Below, one piece after another: positions 34,601-44,355 of a stretch of 46,083 nucleotides of DNA. Both the position numbers and the translations under genes were made by a program. Position 1 is the first letter of the stretch; every line of letters begins with the position of its first letter. Under the pieces are notes generated by a model. The model was not told where the DNA came from and made no database searches. It saw only the letters and a program-made list of their open reading frames with translations. The DNA is from Rhizaria sp. SCN 62-66 (Eukaryota). The stretch lies in contig MEDY01000242.1 of NCBI GenBank assembly GCA_001724265.1, forward strand, positions 1-46,083, read 5' to 3'.

Positions 34601-36864
34601 GGCAGGATCAGCGCACACGCGCGTCTCGCACACCGTGATCTCGCAGTTGCTGTCATCGCACTGCAGCCAGTCGCACGGCACGATCGAGCACGCGCGAGAG
34701 CCGGCGCTAGAGCTTGCGCTAGAGCCAGAGGCCGCCGTGCTATCGTCGCTGTTTGAAAGACTATGGCTGTGGCTTTGAGCGGAAGCGAGGACCGTGGCCA
34801 GCGGCCGAGTGAAGCGACCGCAGACGGTCACGGTGGGCGCGGCGGCTGACTGGGATGAACGGGACACGATGTAATGAGCGCCCCCGTACACGACGCCAGT
34901 CGCTCTGCCGCTGCCACCGGCATCGCTGCGGTTCACAGCGCCAGACCGGTGACTGTGGACCGAGGCTAGGGAGGCTGCGGCTGCGGTCGCGAGAGGAGCG
35001 GGGAGAGAGCGGGCCCACTCACTGCTGAGGCGAGAGTCACCACTCGCGCGAGCACTTGCGTTCCTGTGAGCATCGACATCGTCGTCGGTGCTCCCGATAG
35101 TGCTGCCATGGGTCTCCTTATGAGAGCGCGTAAACGCGGTGACGATGGAGACGGCGGCAGACAGCGACAAGAACGAAGACGCAGAAGCTGCTTCATCGTT
35201 GTAGTTAGCAGTAGCAGTAGCACTGGCACATACTCTGGCACGGGAGCTACTCGTTGCCTCGCCAGCCTCATCGCTCATGACCTCACTGTCAGCACCAGCG
35301 CCAGTGCCAGTGACCGTGGTACGCACAGGTACCTTGGGAACCGCCGGTGCCACGGGGGCGGTGCGCGAGTGCAGCGACGTCAGGATAACCGCGATCGCAC
35401 GACAAAGCTCAGCCACACTTGGCGAGTCGCCAGAAGACGCAATAGCACTGGCATTGGCGCTGGCATTGGCACTCGATGATGATGACTGCGCATGTGACTC
35501 CGCCTGGGACTGCGCGTTATCGCCGTTGTTGTTAGCGAATAGAAGCGCGAGCAGTGCGTGCGGCGCCGGGGTAGGCTGTGCGCACAGGGCGTCCCCGCAC
35601 TGCGGCCCGCAGTCACTGCTGCAGTCGCTAGTATTCGAGTTGGAGCGAGAGTTCGTGTTTCCGTTGCCGTGTCCGTTACGCAGGGCAGCGGTGGCGCGGG
35701 ATACGAGCTCCAGCACTACACCGTTGTCGCTTTCACGTTTGGCGTACTGGGCGCTGGCGCTGGCGCTGTTGCAGAGAGCAGAGAGCGCGGCGGAGGCGGG
35801 GAGCGGCGGGGCGAGCGAGTCTACCAAGCTATCGCTCTCGCTGTCAACAGTGACAGCAGAGTTGCTCACGTCAGCGTCGGTGGCAACGGAAACGGCAGCG
35901 CTGTCGTCATGGCCATCACTCATGCTCGCACTTGCATTGGTATTGTTTACCTTGTTGCTGTTGCTGTTGGAGGACATTGTGGCCGACACTTGACACGCGA
36001 GCAACCCGCAGGCGTCGCAGCCCAGCTCGATCCCACTGCACAGCCCACAGTCACCGTTCTGCTCACAGTCACCTTGCTGCTCACAGTCACTCCCTTGCTC
36101 CCCACAGTCGCTGTCGCTGCCTTTGCCCTGGCCCTTGCCCTGACCCTGAGCGAGCGCGAGCGCAAGCGCGGCCGAGACGGCGGCCAGCACCGCGCGCCCG
36201 GGGCGGCCGCTGGCGCGCCAGACTGCAGCGTGCGCATCGCAGACGGGGAAACCAGCGCTGGAGTCCGCCGCGATGCTGGAGCAGGGCTGGCCACAGGGGC
36301 GGCCGCGGTGGGGGCCGGAGGCGCGGGGCCACAGGCAGCAAGGACTGGAACAACGAGTGACATTCGCACTGGCACTTGTATTGGCACTGGCACTAGAGCT
36401 GGAGCCCACGCCTGCACTTGCACTGTCACTTGCATTCTCGCTACCGCTGACACTGCTGGAAACAGCGTTGGTGCCATTGCTCTCGGCAGGGAAGCGAGCC
36501 GCAAGCGCGACGACGGCATCCGCGAGCGCCAACAGTGTCGCAGCCGCGTGTGGGCTCGCAGTCGTCTCACGGGCCTCGGCGTCCGTGTCGCTGTGAGCGC
36601 TGGTGTTGTTCACCGAGGGGCCCGCCACAGAAGCGATTAGAGCCGCGGCGTCAAGCACAAGAGGAGACGCTACAGCGTCGTCGACACTGGGACGGCTGGG
36701 GGCAGTCGTAGCATTTCCGCTGGGGCGACTGTGGGCTTCGAGCCAGCGCGCCAGAGAACTGGGCGCGGCAGAGCAACAGACCAGTCTCCGCGGCCCCCGC
36801 ACTTGACTCGCACTCAAACCCGCGCTCGCACTCGCGCTAGAACCAGCGCAAGGGTTTCCACTGT

Positions 36865-36925
<61 letters not shown>

Positions 36926-38449
36926 CCACTGCGATGCTGGTTGGAACAGCCCCGTGAGGGCCCCGGCTCTGGCGCCGAGTGACGCCCCCACCAGGTCGCC
37001 GGCCGAAGCGTAGCCCGCGAGCGCGGCCAGCTGGGCGAGCGCGGCAAGGTCGGCCTCCGAGATCTCGGATATGGCGGCGCCAGAGCCAGTCCCGGTGTCA
37101 GCGTCAGTGCCGGGGCCAGGGCCAGAGTGCCCTGCATGTGCGTTAGCGTGTTCGCCGCTTGTGCCAGTGTCAGTGCCAGTGTCAGGGTCAGTGTCGAGAT
37201 GAGAAAGTGTTGATGTATGCGCTGGTGTGTCTGCCGCCGCGACGAGGCCCATGCTGCGCGCGACCTCGAGCAGCTCGCGCTTCTTCACATCGAGCGCGGC
37301 CAGGCGCGCGCCCAGCGCTGCTGCGGCCGCCGCAGGGGAGAGAACTAGTGTAAAGGAGTCGTAGGGTGAGTCTTCGCAACTGCTGACGCTCTGCGCATCG
37401 CCGTCGTCGTCATCATTGTCGTCATTGCAGTTGGCGTTGCCGCTGCAGGCACCGTTGTCATCGCAGTTGTCGGTCATCATGGTCTTGTCGGTCTTGGTGT
37501 TGTCATCGGTCCGCCCGTTCGCCTAATTCACTGTGATGTCGTCATTGCCGCCGTTGCTACTGTCATTGCCGTTGTCGTTGGCGTTGGCGTTGCCGGTGGA
37601 ATTGCTCGTATTGCCACTCTCACTGCTCCGCGCCTACCGCGCGCCAGTGTCCGCAGCAGCATCAGCGCCAGCGCCAGTACCAGCGCCAGCTCCAGCGCCA
37701 GCGCCAGTGTCAGCGCCAGCGCCCGCGCCAGCGCCAGCAGCGCCCGCAGTGTGGCTGTAGCCGACAGAGCCGGTGAACGACCCAATGGCGGCGGCAGCGG
37801 CAGCCGCGGCAGCAGCGGCGGCAGCGGCAGCGGTGGCAGCAGAGTTGGCGTCAGAGGTGGTAGAGATGGTCGTGGTGCTGCTAACACTCTACAGCGCCTG
37901 CGCCTGCGGCTGCTCCTGGCCTGAAGTCGGCGTCTGCGTCTGCGTCTGAGACTGGGGCTGAGGCTGAGTGGACGGCTGCTGCTGTTGCTGCTGCTTGGCC
38001 GCCATCAGAATCGCCTGCGTCTGCGCCTCCGCTTGGGCGAGCGCCTGCACCTGCTGCTGCTGCAGCTTCTGCTGGTAGTCATACTGGCGCATCTGCGGTA
38101 GCGCTGGCACTAGCGCGCTCACGCCCGCGCTCCCGCCGGTCACGCCGCTCGGCGCAGCGCCACTGAGGCTGCCGACAGCGCTGCTGTGGCCGCCGCTGGC
38201 GCCGGGGCCGAAGCTGCTGCCGCTCAGTAGAGCGCCGTTGGTACCGACGACTCTGCCCGGGCCCAAGCCGGTACCCACGCCCGCTCCGGCACCCGAGACC
38301 CCGACGCCCGCGCCAGAGCCGGTGACCGTGGAGGCCGAGGACAGCGACATGGTGAGCGCGGGCGACGCCGTCGGCAGCGAGGGGTAGGGGTATGCGGCGC
38401 CGTAGGTTCCAGTCGCATGCGTCTGCGGACCGGTGGCTGAGGCGCCCGA

Positions 38450-38481
<32 letters not shown>

Positions 38482-41104
38482 CGCCATAGGTAGCGGCGGC
38501 GGCAGCGGCGGCGGCGGCGGCGGCGACGGCGGACGCGGTCGAGGTGTTGGCAGCGGAGCCGTAGCCAGAGCCGGCGCCGTAGCTTCCGCCGCCGTAGCCT
38601 CCGCTGCCGTAGCCGCCGCCATTGGCGCCGCCATAGTCCGACATCTCGGTGCCCGCGGCCGCGCTGCCGCCGCTCGAGGAGGAGTGCATGAGCGCGGGCG
38701 CGGCGCCCGAGTGCGAGGTGTGGCTGACAGGCCCGCCGGTCATGGAGCTGTAGCGGCCGGCCAGGTCCGCCTTGTCCATGATGCCGCGGTTGATCATCGA
38801 CTCCATCTCAGCCGTGAGCGGGATCGTGAAGAGCCCGCAGTGTACCTTGGTGCGGTCGATCGTCGGCAGGTGGCGCTTGTTGTAGATGCGCGACGTCGCC
38901 GTGCACGTGCTCCAGCGGCCGCTGTTGTTATTGCACATGAAGAGCGTGCCCTCCTGGATCGCCTTGGCGCCCGACAACAGCTCCGTGGCCGTCGACGAGC
39001 CCTCCTTGAGCCAGTGCTGGTAATGGCGCCGGCATACGGGCGAGTTGCGGTGGCGCGGCGCATCGCGGCACAGCTCTCCGGGCCGGTCGCGGCGGCAGAT
39101 CCACAGACAAGTGAGGTCGTCGTCGATGAGCACCGTCGTGTAGCCCGTCGCGATGGCGTGCGCGACGGCCGGGGAGACGTAGTGGCCCGACTGTGAGGTC
39201 AGCGGCAGCGTCAGCGCGGTGCTCATGCCCGAGTGGCCGCCGCCGTGCCCGCCCATGCCCATGCCCATCCCCACGGCACCGCCCATGCCCATCCCCATAC
39301 TCATGGCGCTGTTGTACTGGCTCTGATGGTGACTCTGCGCGGCCGCGGCGCCGGAGGTGTTGGAGGCCATGGCGAGCTGGTGGTGCAGCGGCACTCTGGC
39401 GCTGCCGACCTGGGACCCGGGGTGACCGTGGGCCCCGGGGTGGCCGTGGGCAAGGGCCGCGGTGAGGGAGCCGACGCCGCCCACGGCACCCATGCCCACG
39501 TGTCCCCCCATGCTGGGGGCGCCTATGCGGTTCGCGAGCCCGCCCGGCGCACCAGGGTGACCGTGGGCCTGACCGTGGGCCTGGACGTGGAGGCCGCTGC
39601 CGCCGGCGGCGCGCGGCAGGGCCGCCTGTTTGGCCGAAGCGCGGGCACCAACCGCTGCGTTGACGGCGTTGGCCGAGGCGATGAGGTACTGCGTGTTCTG
39701 ATACGCGATCGCGGCGGGGCTCTTGCTGTCGGCGCCGCCGAGCCCGCCGGCGGCGCTGACGTTCATGGTCATGCTGTTGGTGCTGGGGTTGTAGCTCATC
39801 GACGCCGCGCCAGGAGCCGCCCCCGCCGCTGCCGCCGCCGCAGCAGCATCGGCGTTGGCATTGAGACCAGCGGGATTCGAGTTCTTGCTGATGGTTGCAT
39901 TCACCAACGCAGCAAAGGCATTCTTGTAGTCCGCGTCAGCGCCAGCGCCAGCGCCAGGTGTCAGCTGCTGCTGCTGGCCCTGGGGGAATTGCATCGCCAT
40001 AGCCTGCTGCAGCAGCATCTGCTGCGCAAGAATCACTTGCGCCTGCTGCTGCTGCTGTTGTTGCTGCTGCTGCTGCGCCATCGCGATCATGTTGGCCAGC
40101 GCTGGGTTGCCCGCGGCGGCCACGGCGGCGGCGGCGGCGGCCCAGCTCGAGCCCGCGGTCCCAGTCGCCGCGCCGGTGCCGGCAAGCGCGTTGGAGAGCG
40201 CGGAGGCGTTGGCGACGTCGGCGGGGGTGGCGGCGGCGCCGGCGAGCGCACTGGCCAGGGCCTGGTTCGGCTGCGGCTGCTGCTGCTGTGGCGTGGGACC
40301 GGGACCTGCAGCGGCGGCGGCCGAGGAGATGCTAGCGCCGCCGGTGGCGCCCGCGGCGGAGGCGCGCTGCAGCAGCAGCTGGAGCTGCGCGACGGCGGCC
40401 GCCGCAGCCTCGGCGGCGGTCATCGGCGCGGCGTCAGTGGCACGGGGCGCGGTCGCATTGAACGCAGTCAGCTGCTGCGGCTGCTGGGGCGGGGCCTGGG
40501 TCTTGACAACCGGGGTCGCTTCAGCGGCGGCAGCGGCCGTAGCGACGGCGGGCTTTGCGGCAGCAATGCCGGAGGTTTGTGCGAGGATTGATGCGACCAG
40601 CGACACCGACTGTTGCAGCGATGACGCCGCCGCGGCCGCTAACATGGGCGCTGCCGCAGGCGCCGCAGCGGGCGCCGCGGCAGAGGTGCCGGGGCCGGCG
40701 GCGGCGGCGGAGGCGGCGCCGAGAAGCAGCGACGAGAGGGCGGCCTGACGGGCCGAGGCCGAGGCGCCAGCGGGGGCAACTGTGACAGCGGGAGCTGCGA
40801 CAGCGGGGGCTGCAGCAAGAACATTAACAAGAGTCGGTGCAGCGGGGGCAGCAACGGGGGCAGGCGAGGCAGCGACGGCGGGGTCAGACTGAGCGACAGG
40901 GGCATTGTATACAGGCGCAGCGGCAGCCGCAAATTCAGGAGCTGCGGCAGCAGCCGCAGGGGCAGCAGCAACATGGGCAGTGTATCCAGGCGCAGCAGCA
41001 GCATCAGGGGCAGCGTCGGGTGCAGCGGGGTCGGCCGCGGCTGCGACAGGGGCAGCAAGAGCAGTCATATCATGGCCGGGGGCGGCCTCTGTGGCGGAAT
41101 TCAT
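31655..41104 (-). CDS. Giant (~3149 aa) probable nuclear regulator: two CCCH-like motifs, Cys-pentad repeats, two AT-hooks, His-rich C-terminus; in-frame TAGs at 37891-37889, 37636-37634, 37525-37523
   Basis: ORFs 41104-37889 and 37480-31655 are in the same frame. The GC-rich gap between them reads as typical low-complexity protein with three TAGs and no TAA/TGA. AT-hooks KRKRGRPPK and RRPRGRPR; polyQ and polyA tracts; TAA stop. Function is inferred only. Confidence 0.75.
34150..34420 (-). repeat. Coding degenerate 15-nt repeat giving Cys every fifth residue (DCAVT/DCGVQ/DCAAN...)
   Basis: GCGCAGTC/CCGCAGTC recurs on the + strand at roughly 15-nt spacing; translation on the - strand is DCGVANCIVTDCAVTDCAVADCGVTDCGVQDCAANACADPAC... 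Confidence 0.85.
36866..36924. repeat. Perfect hexanucleotide microsatellite (CGACGC) x ~10 encoding a Ser-Ala run
   Basis: Read directly from the sequence; lies within the 31655-41104 gene. Confidence 0.9.
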
Positions 41105-42300
41105 GATTTAGAGGCGAGGGGAGCGCGGGCGGAGGCGGACGCGGGGACGGCAGAGCAGCCGCGGTGGGCTGGGAAGCGTGGGACAGACCGGCGCGGCAGC
41201 GGGGGGGAAAGTGCTGCGGAACCGGGGGACGGTTTATCGAGGCGCTAACGGGGCAAGGAGAGGGACGAAAAGGATGAGAAGTGAGTCGTGATGTGAGTAC
41301 GCGTGTTAGAAAAAAATTTAGCAGCGCTGGGGCAGTGTACATGAGACGCAGAACTCGCGTCGAGGAGGTTTGCCGCTCGCTGTTTGGGGCGCAACTTGAT
41401 TCGCTCACAATGATGCATACATGACTCATGCATGCATACAAAGCAGCACCAGCACGAGAGTGAGGCAACAAATTTGAGAATGTCCAAAACATTTACAAAC
41501 GGCGGAACGTAGACATGGAACCGTGCCCGATTAGTCCGAGGTCCACGGTTCCCTTGGTCAGGTGGCTCGTCCTCGGTGATCGACCCGTTGGCCATTGTCT
41601 TTAACTACTGAAGTAGCATCATAGTTATACCGAAGAAATAACGCGACATTAGAAGTAAAAGCACAGAGGCCGGAAATATGTGGATACACAGTACATTTTC
41701 AAATCCGAGGCCGGACATTTGACTCTTACCGCACTTTTTCAAACTTCGCGAGAGAAGTTCGCGGCTGGGCTTAGGTCTCGCGAGGGCGCTCCTACTCGCC
41801 AACCCGCGGTTCGCGAAAACCATGGGTCGCTCACGGTCATCTCCGAGATGAGCGAGAGATCGCGGGGAGTCGAGTGATATGAGTCAGGAATGAACGTTTT
41901 GTGCACTGCGCCTTTAATGAAACGGAGTGCTTTTATTATGTCTAGTTAGAAAAATGACTTCTTGTTGTTGGGGCTTAATTATGTAGCAACTGACGTTGAA
42001 ATGAGCTCGCAATGAGTACTTTTCGATGCGCTACTACGCACCGTGCCGCGTCACCCAACGTCACTCGCTCTTTCTGTCTCTGCACTCTCCGTTTGCCTTT
42101 ATGACATTGCAGCAATATCCACTGAGCCCATTCGTTTTCAAACTTGGCTGGTGTTTGCACTGCTTCCACATACCTGTCACTCTTGTGTTTTATTGCCCCT
42201 TAACTTTGTCTCACCCCCGTCAATCGTTGCACATCCCGACTCGCTCCTATCGTTCTCCGTCTACGATTACTGCTCTCTCTTACTTAGCGTAGGAACCACC

Positions 42301-43602
42301 ATGATGAGTCTTCGCAAGGCTATCGCTGGCGCTGCCCGCGTTGCGTCCAAGGCAGGCGTCACCGCCGTTCCTGTTCCCGCCCGCGCCCTGTCGTCGAGCA
42401 CCGCCGGCCTCACCACGGCCGAGATCATCGCCGACCTCCCCAAGGAGGTACGTTCAAGCCCACGCAAGCGTCACTACTTTGCAATGACATATTATTAGGC
42501 TACCGCACGCAATATATTCACTATTTCACTTATTTTATCTCCCTATGCCGCTCATTCTCCTCCTCTCCGTAATCTTGGCCTTCGCTCTATATGTCCGCTT
42601 GTTTGCTTGCTTTCTCACTCCCGATAACAGAAGATGAACCTCGTGACCGCGATCAACAGCGCCATCGACGTCGCGATGAAGACGGACCCCACTGCCTGCA
42701 TCTTTGGCGAGGACGTCGCGTTCGGCGGCGTTTTCCGCGCCTCGGTCGACCTCCGCGAGAAGCACGGCAAGGACCGCGTGTTCAATACCCCGCTGTGCGA
42801 GCAGGGCATCATGGGCTTCGCCGTCGGGCTCGCCGCCGAGGGCGCCACGGCCATCGCCGAGATCCAGTTCGCGGATTACATTTTCCCCGCGTTCGACCAG
42901 ATCGTCAACGAGGCTGCCAAGTTCCGCTACCGCAGCGGCAACCAGTGGAACGTGGGTCGCCTCACCATCCGCACGCCCTACGGCGCCGTCGGCCACGGCG
43001 GGCACTACCACTCGCAGTCGCCCGAGGCCTACTTCACGCACACGCCCGGACTCAAGGTCGTGGTGCCCCGCGACCCCGTTCAGGCTAAGGGCCTGCTGCT
43101 GGCGTCGATCCGCGACCCGAACCCCGTGGTGTTCCTGGAGCCCAAGGTGATTTACCGCGCGGCGTCGGCCGAGGTGCCCGTCGGCGACTACATGCTGCCG
43201 CTGTCGCAGGCCGAGGTGATGCAGGAGGGCACCGACATCACGCTCGTCGGCTGGGGCACCGAGCTGCGCGTGATCCAAAAGGCCGCCGACAAGGCCAAGG
43301 CGGAGCACGGCATCAGCTGCGAGATCATTGATCTGCGTACGCTGCTGCCCTGGGACTATAAGACCGTCTGCGACTCGGTCCTCAAGACCGGCCGCATGGT
43401 CGTCGCCCACGAGGCCCCCGTCACGTCCGGTTTTGGCGCCGAGATCCTCGCCACCGTGCAGCAGAAGTGCTTCTACTCGCTCGAGGCGCCGCTGCGCCGC
43501 GTCTGCGGCTACGATGTCCCGTTCCCGCTCGCGTTCGAGCCCGTGTACATGCCCGACTACCTCCGCGTTTACGACGCCATCATTGAGACCGTCAAGCCGT
43601 AA
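42301..43602 (+). CDS. BCKDHB: Mitochondrial branched-chain 2-oxoacid dehydrogenase E1 beta subunit, 372 aa; exons 42301-42447 and 42631-43602
   Basis: Motifs [69 protein letters not shown]. The N-terminus resembles a mitochondrial presequence (Arg/Lys/Ala/Ser-rich, RALSS). Phase-0 intron GTACGT..CAG; TAA stop. Confidence 0.97.
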
Positions 43603-44355
43603 GTAGGCTAACCTGCAACAGCAACTGCTGCAATAACAAACAGCAGGCTTGACAATGAGGACAACAAATTATGACGACAACAAGTGACATTGTTGTTTTT
43701 ATTTTGTTGTTTTTCTTGTCTGCTCGATGAGATCATAGCTTATTATCTTGACAAATTGGGTATTTATATCAGTATTTTTTGCGAGTTGCAATCAGGCTGT
43801 TTTTAAGAACAAACAGTTCACGTGTTGTTGCTTTTGAGTCAGTCCTGTTTTGCAATGATACCTTTTTGTCGCTTTGTGTTCTTAGTAATGTATCTATTCT
43901 TTTTCTTTTTAGTTTTTAGTTTTCCGACGACAGCAGCAAGCAAACAAGCTGACGCCCACAAACATGAACAGTGCAATTTTATCTGATCATGCATTGGTAC
44001 TTGTTTGTTTGATTGAATGTTTAACTTATGAGCTGCGTGGCCCCCGTTGCTTTATATATACCCCCGCACCCGCAACGCGCACCGCTTTCTACAAACTCGC
44101 TTTGTCTTTGCTTCTGTCTCTCTCGTTCAGTCGTGCTGTTTGCATAGTGACTGACTGGGAAAGAGTCACATGGCGAAGTGAGACTTATAAACTCAGGGTT
44201 GTGGTTTCAACCTAGAATACATCAAAAACAAATTTATTAAACATTATTCGTATCAAGCGAAGTGTATTTCGACTAAGTAAGGATCATTCATTGAAGTAGC
44301 TATTATTACTAGGTAGATAAGGTGAGAACGTTTTGTCTTGCGTTCTGGAAGCGTT

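Noticed and set aside
6388-37891. Interpreting the TAG-interrupted genes as pseudogenes
   Set aside because: Every interruption is TAG, with no TAA, TGA or frameshift seen over roughly 30 kb of affected coding sequence. Splice sites and catalytic motifs are intact.
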